Positions 37,531 through 47,994 of a stretch of DNA of 58,288 nt are shown here, in pieces. The stretch lies in IMG/VR virus record IMGVR_UViG_3300023174_000192, positions 1 through 58,288 of that record; one strand, 5' to 3'. The first letter of the stretch is position 1, and every line of letters begins with the position of its first letter. The stretch comes from a virus (Duplodnaviria > Caudoviricetes). The notes beneath the pieces were generated by a model, which worked only from the letters and a program-made list of their open reading frames with translations, was not told the DNA's origin and did not search any database. A program made the translations under genes and the position numbers.

Positions 37531-39479
37531 TATGCCCTAGCCTCTAATTTGTGCATCAGCTTGTACATTTTTTTCGCACCTTGAATGCGACTTCCGTTGC
37601 CCATACCACGAACAGCTTTAGCAGTCATAACAAACTCGCCATCGCTTAGTTTAGCAGGAATAGAATCACTGGTCCCTGTTCCAGGACCATTTAAATGGCC
37701 CCCTGACATACGAAGATCTGTAATCCCACCTTTAGCTGCCCGCATGGGGGAGCGCAGTTTAGGATTATTAAAATATTTATTCAGATCTTCTACCGTCATA
37801 ATCGGCGAATTAGCTGTTCTCACAGGGGTGTAATTAGCTCCTGCAACCTGCTTACTCGTAGGGGTAAAGTTTTCTTGGTACGGGATGAACTGGTAAGGGT
37901 TAAATCCGGCATCCCTTTTAGCTGCGTCCGGTAGATTATTCCCAGGACCAGTCACATACTTTTCTGGGTTTGCCGCTATCAACTCATTAGCTGTCGGACC
38001 TGAAAACTGTGGACTCGCAGCGGTAGGAACTGCCGTAGTTTTAGGAGTATCGAACAACCCAAACGCCGCCGCTCCGCCAGCCGCGACTGCCGCGAGTGGA
38101 AGGTAACTCATAAGTCCTGGAGTAGCCTGCTTCATAGCTAAAGCTAAGGCTTGATTAGCAGTAACCCCTGTAGATTCTGCAATAGCTTTTGCTTTTGCAA
38201 TGATAGCCGGATCCGTAGGGCTTGGGTCGGACGGGAGAAGAATATTTTTAATTTTATCGGTAGCACTGTCAAGAGCAGAAGGCACACCTGTTTTTGGAGC
38301 TCCGCCACCACCGCCCGCCGCCTGTTGTTGCGGGGCAGGAGCTCCACCGCTATTTGCTGTGGTATCGGCAACCCCACGGGTAGCGTCTCCCGGATCATAA
38401 GAAATAGGTTTAGAAGATTCAACAGGTTGTCCCATTACCTGTTTAACAGGTTGATCCGTACGGGGCGTTTCTGTAAGCGGCGTTTCCGCAGGAGTTCCAA
38501 TAGTTTTAGCTTCTGACCCACCCAAGAAAGAAGGTAGAATAGAACGTTCCATGGCGTATTGTCCGGAAAGCCCGAGGCCCGAAGGAAGTCCTGCCTGAAT
38601 ACCTGCCAAGAACCCCTCGCCAGAAGCAGAACCGACATTGGGCAAAATACCTTTGAAAGCCCCCGTGATGCCTGTGGCGTCACTAGAAATCATACCACTA
38701 ATACCAGACAACGCTGCCCCTGTAGCACCACCAATCAAAGCAGATTTAAGTGCATCGGCAGGTTTATCACCATTGATTAAAGAAGCTAGTCCAGAGCCAA
38801 CCGCTGCCCCTGCGATCGGGCCAAGACCAGAAGCTCCAAACACCACAGGAAGAATAATTTGAGTAGCAACTTTAAAAACACTTTTAAAGTTAAAAAACTC
38901 ATGAAGACCTGTTTTAGGGTTAATTGTCCCACTACCCCCACGTGCACGAAGCATCGCCATTTCTTGAGGGTTAACATGGGCCAAAACTGTATCACCATAC
39001 CTGCCTGCGTCTTGCAGCTTCTGGGCCATTTGCGGAAGGTTCGCGATGCCTCCCTGTGCCATCCCGATAGGTGGCTGCATTTGGGCCATAGGAGGGGCCA
39101 TAGGTGGCTGCATTGGAGCGGTAGCCCCCTGCATTTGCTTTTTCACCACATTAGATAAAACAGAAAGATATTCCGCACTATACTCAGGAGGGAGATCTCC
39201 TTGATTAACCATTCCTTGTGCAATAAGTTGTTGCACTGCTTGAGCATAGTTTTGTTTGTTCTGACGCAAAAATTCAATAATCTGCAATAGTTTGTTTAGT
39301 TCTTCCGGAGGAAGTTGAGAAATCATTTCTGAAATAGATTTAAGTTGTTGAGTCAGTTCAGGAGTAAGACCTCTGAACATAGAGTCAACAGCTTTAACCG
39401 CTGCCATAGGCACTTGCGGTTCTTGCTGCGGAGGAGCCGCCATATTCATTTGTGGAGCGAGTGTCTCAATGCCCTGCAT
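37530..39479 (-). CDS. Internal virion protein with xAxGG motifs and GPGTGTSDSIPA.LSDGEFV domain
   Basis: Motifs visible in the translation; Gly-rich hydrophobic segments. Confidence 0.65.
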   Translation of the reverse strand: MQGIETLAPQMNMAAPPQQEPQVPMAAVKAVDSMFRGLTPELTQQLKSISEMISQLPPEELNKLLQIIEFLRQNKQNYAQAVQQLIAQGMVNQGDLPPEYSAEYLSVLSNVVKKQMQGATAPMQPPMAPPMAQMQPPIGMAQGGIANLPQMAQKLQDAGRYGDTVLAHVNPQEMAMLRARGGSGTINPKTGLHEFFNFKSVFKVATQIILPVVFGASGLGPIAGAAVGSGLASLINGDKPADALKSALIGGATGAALSGISGMISSDATGITGAFKGILPNVGSASGEGFLAGIQAGLPSGLGLSGQYAMERSILPSFLGGSEAKTIGTPAETPLTETPRTDQPVKQVMGQPVESSKPISYDPGDATRGVADTTANSGGAPAPQQQAAGGGGGAPKTGVPSALDSATDKIKNILLPSDPSPTDPAIIAKAKAIAESTGVTANQALALAMKQATPGLMSYLPLAAVAAGGAAAFGLFDTPKTTAVPTAASPQFSGPTANELIAANPEKYVTGPGNNLPDAAKRDAGFNPYQFIPYQENFTPTSKQVAGANYTPVRTANSPIMTVEDLNKYFNNPKLRSPMRAAKGGITDLRMSGGHLNGPGTGTSDSIPAKLSDGEFVMTAKAVRGMGNGSRIQGAKKMYKLMHKLEARA

Positions 39480-39572
39480 AGCGCGTCCCTACGATACGTA
39501 TATTCACTTTGGCAGGGCCAGAGCCTGATACTGGCAACTGACAACTTACCCGTTTATGTTTAAAAAAACAAG

Positions 39573-39872
39573 TCACACAGTAGTCACAGAAACAGAGCCA
39601 ACTGTTCCGGTAGCGAAAAGACCTCGAACGTAAGACGAATTAAGTTGCGGGATACGCAAAGCTCCTGCCGCCTGAAAGATAGTCCCTACTTCTAAACCAT
39701 ACTCATCGCTTTGAAGGTTAGTCAGAACAATAGTTGTCTGGCGACCTTCTCCAGGATTTCTAATGGCAACCACCAAGGCATCTAATGCTCTGATTAAATC
39801 TTGAAAATACCGTTGATCGTACGCTTCAGGGGGACGAGAAAAAGCAGGGAATATACCACCATAATCCATCAA
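39573..39872 (-). CDS. Small tail-associated protein
   Basis: P..Y...Y...L.R.L motif directly after the nozzle gene. Confidence 0.6.
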   Translation of the reverse strand: MMDYGGIFPAFSRPPEAYDQRYFQDLIRALDALVVAIRNPGEGRQTTIVLTNLQSDEYGLEVGTIFQAAGALRIPQLNSSYVRGLFATGTVGSVSVTTV

Positions 39873-41986
39873 CGACCCCCATCTGGACTTACATCAATAC
39901 GGGGAGACCCAAGACCCCAACGAGTCCCGACCTTGTTACTTTCGATACGAAAAATTAAAGAGCGACCCCGAACACGAACATTCGCAACCGTAGTATACTG
40001 GTCTACTGGAACTGTCGATGTCCTAGTTACGGCAGAAGTAGAGCCACTAACATAGTTTGAACCCGTGTAATTTTGAGTTTTCAAAATCATAGAAACTTCA
40101 GGATTGTTCACGGAGTTGAAAAACTTTATATCGGGGACTAATCGGCGAACAAAAGTAAATTTATCCCCATCAGCAATGTCAACCGGAGAAGCCTCAATGT
40201 AAGCGTTTAGTGCGGAAGGCGGAGTTGTGCTCCCATCATCCGTCCCGTATTCGTGATTATAGAGGTATTTATCTGTACTAGCAGCTATCGAAAGTTGGCG
40301 TACACCATCATCAAGCCATGCTGTACGAGCTAGTATCCCATACGACCATACCTTATCGACGTAGTTATATGTCACATAACGGTCATTTTCACTTGAGGCA
40401 GCGGAAGGATATAGCCAGCTAACCTCGTTGAATTGGGCGGTCAGGTACGCGAAAACTTTATCTGATTGATCTGCATTAAAATCTCCAAAAACATAAGATT
40501 GAATAGGGCAGGGCATCGGTTGAGTTTGTCCTGCATAAACATAAAAATTACTATGCCCCATCCAAAAAACTGCATCATCAACAGCCACGGCAGAGTTATA
40601 TCCCATGATCGTAGTATTTGCGGCAAGCTGCTGCAATCCAAAAGTATAGGGAGGCCCAAGATACTGCATGGAGTAGACCGCCGTATCCGAGAAGATGACG
40701 ATTTCGCGCTTGGTTTCAACGGCCTTAACGATCTTGGTCCCCGAACCAATACGAAGATCACCTGCCGTATTTGTAGAAGTAGGATACCAAGTGAAGGGGT
40801 CTTCCCCGTCGCTGAACCGAACAAGCAGTGGATCAGGGGTAGCCCCTCCTCCTAAATTTGCTCCGAAAGCGATAACATGCCGATCACGGTCCGAGACCAT
40901 GATTTGGGTAACAACGTCTGGTGTCGTTAGGTCCGTGGACAACGAGCTTAGGGTAACGGCTCTAGTTGTGATGCTCCCACCGCCATACCAATAGTAAACC
41001 CCACCATTCCGGACGTTAAAGATAAGGTCTTCACCATAGTTGTCTTGTGACCACAGCCGAAGGCTATTACCTACCGAGATAGTAGTGCCAGAACCCCAGC
41101 CGCGACTGCCGTTCTGATAGAAGGCGGTCACCGTTCCGCCACCCGTAGCTGTGGACGTAGCTGTGGACGTGGTAGTTATCGTATAACTATTAGCGTTAAG
41201 GACAGTCACTTGAAAAGTAGATTGCAACGCACTAGCTGGAATACCACCAACAGAAGAAGCCGCAGAGTAGGAGACATACTGCCCTGTGGAAAGTCCGTGA
41301 GAGGTATGTGTAACGGTCACAACGGCACTGCTGCTACTAGTCGTAAAAGGTCCAGACAACGTGTATGAAAGCAGGGTGGAAAAGGTTCCCGCACCCCAGC
41401 CGATACCGCCAACTTGGGTATCAAGACCCGTATTGATTTGATAGGCCGCAGTAATAGTCGTGCCGCCATGAGCTGTATCGGAACCATTGGCAGTCACAGG
41501 AACTGTAATGCTGTAGCTGTTTGGATCAATGTAGGTAATCTGGTACTCAGCATTGAGGACGGTAGCAGTAACATTCCCACCAAGAGAAGTAGCACCACTA
41601 AAGGTGACAAAGTCGCCAGTGACGCATCCGTGACTGGTATCTGCCACTACAACCGTAGAAAGACCGTTTGTAGCAGTGAATGCCCCGTTTAGGACAACGG
41701 TTCTACGAATTGGGGTGATGTCATAGTACCCACCGCTCTTCTCTATATAGAACTTTAGGTTAGTCCCAAGCGAAAGGTAATTGTTACCGTTAAGAGTTAC
41801 CCATGCCAAAAGGGTACGAGCAGAACCGAGAAAGGTGCTGCTCGATAGTTTCTCCCAACCGCCAATTGATTCCGGAAACCCCAAGCGGAAACGAACGAGA
41901 TTGCAGTCAAACCAACCGCCCTCGTTTGTGTACCCTGTGACATCACGAACGACTCCAGGAGTAAACCGGAATTTTTGAAAAGGCAT
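39869..41986 (-). CDS. Tail nozzle / stabilisation protein (tail tubular B-like)
   Basis: F.PG, W.D...VRFR.G.PE.IGGW, DP.L.RFSD.E, NTAG.LR, W.LG..R.D..PDG.R; two inserted beta-rich repeats. Confidence 0.75.
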   Translation of the reverse strand: MPFQKFRFTPGVVRDVTGYTNEGGWFDCNLVRFRLGFPESIGGWEKLSSSTFLGSARTLLAWVTLNGNNYLSLGTNLKFYIEKSGGYYDITPIRRTVVLNGAFTATNGLSTVVVADTSHGCVTGDFVTFSGATSLGGNVTATVLNAEYQITYIDPNSYSITVPVTANGSDTAHGGTTITAAYQINTGLDTQVGGIGWGAGTFSTLLSYTLSGPFTTSSSSAVVTVTHTSHGLSTGQYVSYSAASSVGGIPASALQSTFQVTVLNANSYTITTTSTATSTATGGGTVTAFYQNGSRGWGSGTTISVGNSLRLWSQDNYGEDLIFNVRNGGVYYWYGGGSITTRAVTLSSLSTDLTTPDVVTQIMVSDRDRHVIAFGANLGGGATPDPLLVRFSDGEDPFTWYPTSTNTAGDLRIGSGTKIVKAVETKREIVIFSDTAVYSMQYLGPPYTFGLQQLAANTTIMGYNSAVAVDDAVFWMGHSNFYVYAGQTQPMPCPIQSYVFGDFNADQSDKVFAYLTAQFNEVSWLYPSAASSENDRYVTYNYVDKVWSYGILARTAWLDDGVRQLSIAASTDKYLYNHEYGTDDGSTTPPSALNAYIEASPVDIADGDKFTFVRRLVPDIKFFNSVNNPEVSMILKTQNYTGSNYVSGSTSAVTRTSTVPVDQYTTVANVRVRGRSLIFRIESNKVGTRWGLGSPRIDVSPDGGR

Positions 41987-41995
41987 GTCGATCCT

Positions 41996-42169
41996 TTATT
42001 GATCAGCAGAAGCCTCAATAGGGGCAACCAAATCGGAAGCCTGTAGTTGTGATTGTGCTGAAGCCTTAACCTTTGCGATAAGATCTACCACTTCTCCAAA
42101 AGGACGCTGGGACAAAGCCATCAGTACATAGTTCACTTCGTCAACAGAAAATTCCAACGTAACTTTCAT
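41996..42169 (-). CDS. Small conserved protein (57 aa, below ORF-track cutoff)
   Basis: Manual translation MKVTLEFSVDEVNYVLMALSQRPFGEVVDLIAKVKASAQSQL...; GAGGA RBS. Confidence 0.7.
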   Translation of the reverse strand: MKVTLEFSVDEVNYVLMALSQRPFGEVVDLIAKVKASAQSQLQASDLVAPIEASADQ

Positions 42170-42187
42170 ATTCTTTCTTCCTCTGGT

Positions 42188-42520
42188 TTATGCTGCCCAA
42201 GGTGGCGGCAAGTTGACAACGGTAGGTGATACCTGCTGCTGAATTTGATTGTCAATATTTGCTTGCAGTTCCGCAACACGATCTGCACCAAGACTTTCGG
42301 TGGTCCATGCGATGACCTGAGATTCAGTTAGGCTTGCGTAAGGCGTGAATGGGCTACCAGCGGCATATGTCACGCCTACCGTGCCGTAGACAGAACCGTT
42401 ATGACCATTGCCGTCGGTGCCATTCAGCACCCAATGAACGGTGAACACAACATCGGTTTCGCCTTCATGGGAAGGATAGGCAGACAGCGTGGGAAAAAAC
42501 CAAGTGTAAGTGTTGGACAT
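42188..42520 (-). CDS. Tail fiber-associated protein
   Basis: VHW, GSVYG, F.PY..LT...V..W, LP.PW motifs, commonly seen after tail fibers. Confidence 0.7.
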   Translation of the reverse strand: MSNTYTWFFPTLSAYPSHEGETDVVFTVHWVLNGTDGNGHNGSVYGTVGVTYAAGSPFTPYASLTESQVIAWTTESLGADRVAELQANIDNQIQQQVSPTVVNLPPPWAA

Positions 42521-44433
42521 TATCTTGACTCCAGTGCGGTAACTTTTGCGGATAGTTCTTTGATGGCGGCAACGAGAAGCGGGATGACATCCGTATATTG
42601 AACGCCCAGCTTATCAGGATTGTTTGCATCAACAGCTTCTGGAAGCACTGCCTGAACGTCCTGCGCGATCAGAAATGCGCGGCTTGTGCCTTCTTCATCG
42701 GTTTTGAACCGACCTGTGACTGCGCGAAGCGACGATACTTTTGACGCGGCATTTTCAATAGGTATAAGGTCTGTTTTTAACCGTTCATCCGAATTTGCTG
42801 TCCATGCGATATTACCGTAAAGCATATACATACCTAAAGAGGCATCCGTAAGGACTAAAAAGTTACCATTTTCATCTGGCCCGGTAGACCATTTTTTGGT
42901 TGATTGACTTGTGTTTACAAGTGATACAACGCCAACACCAACAACGGATGCCCCACTAATACCGACCCTTGAAGTTGAAATTGGCAAGGTTGTCGTCCCC
43001 ACCAGCAGATTGCCGCCAGCTTCATTCAATGTGATGTTATAAGCCGTTGCACTGCCGTCAGTGCGCTGTGCTTGCAACCATACATGCCCGTCAGAAGCAT
43101 TTGTCCCAACCAGCAAACCATAAGAAGGATCACTATTTGTTACATAAAACGGCGCACTTGTTGCGCTGCCCAAAGACGGAGCATTCAATGTCGTTGCTGC
43201 TGTAGACTGCAACCTTGTTTTGGGCGAACTCGTCCCAATCCCCACGTTGCCGGAGGAGTCGATACGCATACGTTCTGACGAGTTTGTAAATATAGACCAG
43301 TAGTTTGGTGCTACCAAAAAACTTCCGCCATTTCCATCTTGGCGCATATAGGCGGTATTAGAACCAGCTTGAGCTATTACGAATGCCTGATCTGACCCAG
43401 TCGACCCAGCCACGCGAACAGTCAAACCGAGGACACCGCTTGCCGCATATACGTCAAATTTTTGCGTGGGCGAACTTGTCCCAATCCCCACGTTGCCGGA
43501 GGAGTCGATTCTTAAACGCTCCGTCATAGATGTATCTGAAGTTGCATTGCGTGTGTATGCAGCTAAGTAGCCAACAGTATTGGATGTTCCGTCATTTAAA
43601 CCGCCTTTCCAAGCCGCAAAAGTTGTAGAGGTTTGACCCCCAAATTCAATAGCACCGCCGCAATTTGTAGAATTTTGGTTAGCTGTCGCATAAATAGTTG
43701 CTGTTTTTGCTCCACTAGTGGAAGGCGCAGCAGTTTCCCCAATACCATTGACATGCAATTTTGTGCTTATCGAGCTTGTCCCAATCCCTACGTTGCCGGA
43801 GGAGTCGATAGTTGCGCGGACGGCATTGTTTGTTACAATGGTAAGTGCATATGCCCCAGTTGAACCAACATACATTGAGTTAGGGGAGTAAATAAAGCTA
43901 TTTGTAGCGTCTGTGCTCAAATATAATGGAACAGAAGATGCCGTAGACCCAACAATCGCAAGCCTATAGCCACTGTTCGAAGTCGTCCCAATCCCTACGT
44001 TGCCGCTGGAGTCAACGGTGATGTTGGAGAGGACATTACGAACATCGGTACCGTCGCAATAGACAATGGCCTTGGTACCGTTGGGAATAGATACACCTGT
44101 TTGCCCAGTCACTTTTACCGTGACAGCAAAACCACCTGTGGTAGTGTTATAGAAAATGTAGGATTTTGTTTTGGCGGGGACTTCAACCACACGGGCAAGA
44201 GTCAACGCCCCAGTAAGAACGATCACCGCATTACGGCCCGTGGACGACGCACCGTTGGAAATGGTCAAGACGGTAGGAGATGCCGAATCGGCTACAGCCT
44301 GAGAACCATAACCGGCAATGGCCTGTTCCAACAGGGTACCAAGATTGGTATTGGTCGTAGCACCCCATGTACCGGACTGATCGCCAGTCCCCATGAGTTC
44401 GATACCAAGATTCGTTGAATAAGTGCTAGCCAT
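42520..44433 (-). CDS. Tail fiber with C-terminal intramolecular chaperone (peptidase S74)
   Basis: MASTYS...G..SGTWG..TN N-terminus, four DSSGNVGIGT repeats, SDERLK..I, IAQDV..V.PEAV, Y...IP.LV.AIKEL. Confidence 0.9.
   Translation of the reverse strand: MASTYSTNLGIELMGTGDQSGTWGATTNTNLGTLLEQAIAGYGSQAVADSASPTVLTISNGASSTGRNAVIVLTGALTLARVVEVPAKTKSYIFYNTTTGGFAVTVKVTGQTGVSIPNGTKAIVYCDGTDVRNVLSNITVDSSGNVGIGTTSNSGYRLAIVGSTASSVPLYLSTDATNSFIYSPNSMYVGSTGAYALTIVTNNAVRATIDSSGNVGIGTSSISTKLHVNGIGETAAPSTSGAKTATIYATANQNSTNCGGAIEFGGQTSTTFAAWKGGLNDGTSNTVGYLAAYTRNATSDTSMTERLRIDSSGNVGIGTSSPTQKFDVYAASGVLGLTVRVAGSTGSDQAFVIAQAGSNTAYMRQDGNGGSFLVAPNYWSIFTNSSERMRIDSSGNVGIGTSSPKTRLQSTAATTLNAPSLGSATSAPFYVTNSDPSYGLLVGTNASDGHVWLQAQRTDGSATAYNITLNEAGGNLLVGTTTLPISTSRVGISGASVVGVGVVSLVNTSQSTKKWSTGPDENGNFLVLTDASLGMYMLYGNIAWTANSDERLKTDLIPIENAASKVSSLRAVTGRFKTDEEGTSRAFLIAQDVQAVLPEAVDANNPDKLGVQYTDVIPLLVAAIKELSAKVTALESR
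43221..44013. repeat. Four dispersed ~30-43 bp direct repeats in the tail fiber gene
   Basis: GTCCCAATCCCYACGTTGCCGGAGGAGTC at about 43232, 43478, 43778 and (with variation) 43985. Confidence 0.9.
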
Positions 44434-44444
44434 TTATCTGCCTC

Positions 44445-45356
44445 CTACGCGGCAACTTGATTCCAGTTGGGGGTCTGAGATGGAGAGGTGGGGGTCCAAG
44501 CAGGGCTTCCACTTGGGACCACTTGTGTCCAACTAGGCGTTTGACTCGGGACAATATTTCCCCAAACGAGAACTTGCCCACCATATCCTATTGCGGAAAC
44601 CCCCGCAAGGCTGACATTGGCATCTGCTGTGATGGTGACTGAGCCAGCACTGCCCGTGGCCTCTAGGCCCGTGACATCGATCAAGTTGACCGAGGTAATG
44701 TCTACTTGACCAACCGAACCTGACCCAGATACACCTGTTACAGAAACATTTGGACTCTGGATGAAGTCAACTGTTCCAATATATCCGGTGGCTTCAACTC
44801 CAGTCAGATTGATATTGGCATCTGCCGTAACAGTAGCAGCCCCAACACTCCCCGTAGAAGTAAGACCAGTCGGGCTGACATTGGCATCCGCCGTAACCGT
44901 AGCAGAAGATCCAACATCCCCAGTAGCAGAAACCCCCGTTGGACTGATATTGGGGCTCAGTATAAAATCAACTGTCCCAATACCACCTGTTGCCTCAACG
45001 CCCGTTGGGCTAACATTGGCATCTGCCGTGACCGTAGCAGAGCCCACACTTCCAGTGGAAGAAAGGCCGGTTGGGCTAACATTGGCATCTGCCGTAACTA
45101 TGGCGGAGGACGCCACATCCCCCGTAGCTGATACTCCCGTCAGATTGATGCTGACATCAACTACTGCTACAACAGAGCCCACACTTGCTGTTGCCTCAAC
45201 GCCCGTTGGACTGACGTTAGCATCTGCAACAACGGTAGCTGACGAAGCTACATCACCGGTAGCCAGACCGATAGCAATCGCACCCGTGCCAAATGCGCCC
45301 AGTCCCCAACCTTGGGACCGGTCCCATCCTTCAAAGGCTACGATTGCATCGGTCAT
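44445..45356 (-). CDS. Repetitive beta-rich virion protein
   Basis: About ten 23-24 aa repeats VTADANVSPTG..ATG.VG. Confidence 0.75.
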   Translation of the reverse strand: MTDAIVAFEGWDRSQGWGLGAFGTGAIAIGLATGDVASSATVVADANVSPTGVEATASVGSVVAVVDVSINLTGVSATGDVASSAIVTADANVSPTGLSSTGSVGSATVTADANVSPTGVEATGGIGTVDFILSPNISPTGVSATGDVGSSATVTADANVSPTGLTSTGSVGAATVTADANINLTGVEATGYIGTVDFIQSPNVSVTGVSGSGSVGQVDITSVNLIDVTGLEATGSAGSVTITADANVSLAGVSAIGYGGQVLVWGNIVPSQTPSWTQVVPSGSPAWTPTSPSQTPNWNQVAA

Positions 45357-45814
45357 TACGCAATACGAATGATAGCGTTGGAAGCGTCGGCGGTGGGGAA
45401 TACAACCGTGAATGTACCGGCTGAAGCGGTTTTATCCGCACCGAAATCCAGCACAACCACTGCTTTATTGCCTTGGGTTGAGTTATAGATTAACGCACCA
45501 CGAGCCGTGAAAGATGCTGTGGTCCACGAGCTATCGGCAAAATCTGCCCAAGCCGTTGTGCCACTTGAAGAAGTGGTTGGGCTTGTCAGCGTATTACCAC
45601 CAGCCGTGTAGGCAGAACCCGCCGTATTGGTTGTTTCGTTGGTCGAGGAGTATACCGTCGTCGAGGCATCAAGAGTTGCCGAAGATGTGTATAGTGCAAT
45701 CTTAAAGGTATCCGCGCCCGTACCCGCACGAATGACGGAAGTGTTGAAAGCATGGATACCGCTCAACAACTGCAACTTGAAGGAAGTTGCCATGAAATTG
45801 CCAGTGAATGCCAT
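45356..45814 (-). CDS. Virion structural protein
   Basis: TSFK..LL.G.H, FKIALYT, Y.AGG.TL, ARGALIYN, VLDFG.DK motifs. Confidence 0.75.
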   Translation of the reverse strand: MAFTGNFMATSFKLQLLSGIHAFNTSVIRAGTGADTFKIALYTSSATLDASTTVYSSTNETTNTAGSAYTAGGNTLTSPTTSSSGTTAWADFADSSWTTASFTARGALIYNSTQGNKAVVVLDFGADKTASAGTFTVVFPTADASNAIIRIA

Positions 45815-46104
45815 TATGGCCTCCTTAAAAGTTCAGCTAATTGTGGGTGACCAGCTTCTGTCACCAGATGACTGACCGTGGTCCTGTCACAGGATATAGC
45901 ACGTTTCATATGATCAAGCACTACTTGTTCTACCAAATCCTTGAAGGCTACAGCCTGTTCACGGATAGCGGGATGCGCTGTTTCGGAAACAGAAACAATG
46001 CGGTCAGCGGCCCGCTTTGCCCAAAACTCGGGGGGGTGACCACCGTTAGAAGAGGTTTCAACATCAACTCTAAACCCCCCTGTAGTGCCTTGACTGCCAA
46101 CCAT
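45814..46104 (-). CDS. Conserved hypothetical protein
   Basis: G..PE.WA......I..VS..A.P.IR.QA.AF. Confidence 0.7.
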   Translation of the reverse strand: MVGSQGTTGGFRVDVETSSNGGHPPEFWAKRAADRIVSVSETAHPAIREQAVAFKDLVEQVVLDHMKRAISCDRTTVSHLVTEAGHPQLAELLRRP

Positions 46105-46105
46105 T

Positions 46106-46741
46106 CTATGTTGCCTTTACCTTTACCAAACCGTCCCGATAAGCATCTTCATCCTCAAGACCCTCACCATAATTTTTCAAACGAGATAACGCCTCCATAA
46201 ACCTTTGATTATAAAGGTTCAACAAATCTTGCTCGCCCTTCATAAAGGTATAAGCCTCAAACAACGTCCCGTAAAGGAGTGCTTGCTCTGCATTATCTCC
46301 TAGCCATGAAGTTCCTGAAGTTACAATAGATGCAGGTTGATAAAAATAATGCAGTTCTACCGAATACGCTCCTGCCGGAGTAGGAGCTAACAAAAAATTA
46401 TTTTTATCATACAAAGCATAATATTTTGGGGTTCCTGTGGTTCCTGAAGGATTATACTCTTGAAGAAATTCAACATCTTTGTTCAAAAGGAAAGAAGTGG
46501 TACTACCCACTGTCACACTTAATGAATAAGAAGATAAAAAATCAGTAGGGGCTGCAAGAAACTTATTACTAGCCGTAGTTGTCCCAGACACATTCTGACG
46601 AAAATCAACTAATTGAACAGAGAATAAAATTCGCTCTTCACAGTTACGAATAAACGTATCGATGTACGAATTAAAAGTTGTTTCATCGTATTCAGTGAAA
46701 TCTTTTACCGCTTGTACCAGCGTCGCATACGTCCAAGCCAT
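46106..46741 (-). CDS. Head-tail connector / adaptor protein
   Basis: Y..L......Y.E, FI...E.RI, G.PKYYA, APTP, LLYG.L.EA..FMK. Confidence 0.75.
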   Translation of the reverse strand: MAWTYATLVQAVKDFTEYDETTFNSYIDTFIRNCEERILFSVQLVDFRQNVSGTTTASNKFLAAPTDFLSSYSLSVTVGSTTSFLLNKDVEFLQEYNPSGTTGTPKYYALYDKNNFLLAPTPAGAYSVELHYFYQPASIVTSGTSWLGDNAEQALLYGTLFEAYTFMKGEQDLLNLYNQRFMEALSRLKNYGEGLEDEDAYRDGLVKVKAT

Positions 46742-47046
46742 TAGCTAATCTCCACCCTAACGATTCCGATTTGCATAACACCTTGAGTACTGATGTTTTC
46801 CAAAAAGGGAAAAATATCTTGTCCAACAGGAACACTCATGACTTCTTTATTGGCTGGACGCGGTTGATACAAGGCTTGTGGCTCAGGAGGCGGATAAATG
46901 GGGTCTAATTGCGGGTGTTTAGCTTCCCAACATTCTGGGCAAACACGAAGACCAGTCCATAGTTTAGATATTTGATTATAGGGGTACTGTAACCCACAAC
47001 GGTCGCATATGGCTATTGCTCGGCTACCGCTCGCATATCTAGCCAT
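46741..47046 (-). CDS. Conserved Cys-motif protein
   Basis: CDRCG..Y, G.RVCPEC.E.KHPQL, AL..PRP. Confidence 0.75.
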   Translation of the reverse strand: MARYASGSRAIAICDRCGLQYPYNQISKLWTGLRVCPECWEAKHPQLDPIYPPPEPQALYQPRPANKEVMSVPVGQDIFPFLENISTQGVMQIGIVRVEIS

Positions 47047-47047
47047 A

Positions 47048-47731
47048 TCACACCCTGTAAAAGTCTCTTGTAGGCGTAAGCATGAGAGAAGCTCTATCAC
47101 GATCTTCGCCCTTAGCCCTATCGAACTCTTCTTCGTAGGCAGCTTTCAAAAGTTGAATCCGCTCAGGAGCCTTTTTCATAGCAATATAATAAGCAAGACC
47201 AGCCGCCAAACAAGGATAGAACCTGAAAGGCATCTGCAAGGTATTCATACCAGAACTAGCGTCATCCATGCGAACCAATTTATCTACAACTAATGTGTAG
47301 CTTTGATCTGGTTTAGGCCAAACGTATAAGATTGGCACAACTCGCCTATCTACATAATACTGCGTAGGACGTGCCTGTGCCAGTTTAGCAGGAATAGTCA
47401 AATAATAATCTCTGCTAATGCGCTCAATCACAAGATCCGACTGTGAAGCAGTACCTACTCCCGTAGGGAGTCTCACTGCTGCTGAAATGATATCGATCGT
47501 AGATTCTGGTAAGGTATACGTCACATTCGAAGAATCTAAGGCAATTTCAACACGCTCAATAGTCCACTGGTTTAACCCACGGTTAGCCCATTCCGCCAAC
47601 AAAAGATTCAAGCTGCGTCTAGCTGTGCGTTGGTCGTAACCTGTACGAACTTCCAACCCACAGCGTTCAAACGCTTCTTCGATGTATTCTACAACATCTA
47701 GCTCAAATGTTTTTGTACCGGATGTGGTCAT
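47048..47731 (-). CDS. Head-tail adaptor / tail tubular A-like protein
   Basis: TSGT..F.L, EEA.ERCG, ARRSLNL...WANRG.N.W, P.RF.PCL.AGLAY. Confidence 0.75.
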   Translation of the reverse strand: MTTSGTKTFELDVVEYIEEAFERCGLEVRTGYDQRTARRSLNLLLAEWANRGLNQWTIERVEIALDSSNVTYTLPESTIDIISAAVRLPTGVGTASQSDLVIERISRDYYLTIPAKLAQARPTQYYVDRRVVPILYVWPKPDQSYTLVVDKLVRMDDASSGMNTLQMPFRFYPCLAAGLAYYIAMKKAPERIQLLKAAYEEEFDRAKGEDRDRASLMLTPTRDFYRV

Positions 47732-47994
47732 GTGATTTTACAGCTCTTGTAACGGGAAGCCCCAAATCCACGGACAGCAACTTCACCACCTGCTTTATAC
47801 ATACCACCCTTATTGAGACCTTTCATAGATTTTTGGGTATCGTGTTTTTCATCCTCAGCAGAGGATTCCCATTCGGCTTTAGACATACCACGCTTTGCAG
47901 CCAGTTTTTTGTCTTGAGCATTATCTTTTTTAGAACCTTCCCACATACCGATATTCATCAGTCCTGCGGAAGAACGATTACTAGTTCTAGCCAT
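47728..47994 (-). CDS. Small basic protein with KGG/AGG motifs
   Basis: Operon position; LNKGG, YKAGGEV. Confidence 0.7.
   Translation of the reverse strand: MARTSNRSSAGLMNIGMWEGSKKDNAQDKKLAAKRGMSKAEWESSAEDEKHDTQKSMKGLNKGGMYKAGGEVAVRGFGASRYKSCKIT

Noticed and set aside
42520-44433. Diversity-generating retroelement or invertible tail fiber
   Set aside because: No reverse transcriptase or recombinase; repeats are direct, short and show no adenine-specific mismatch pattern.
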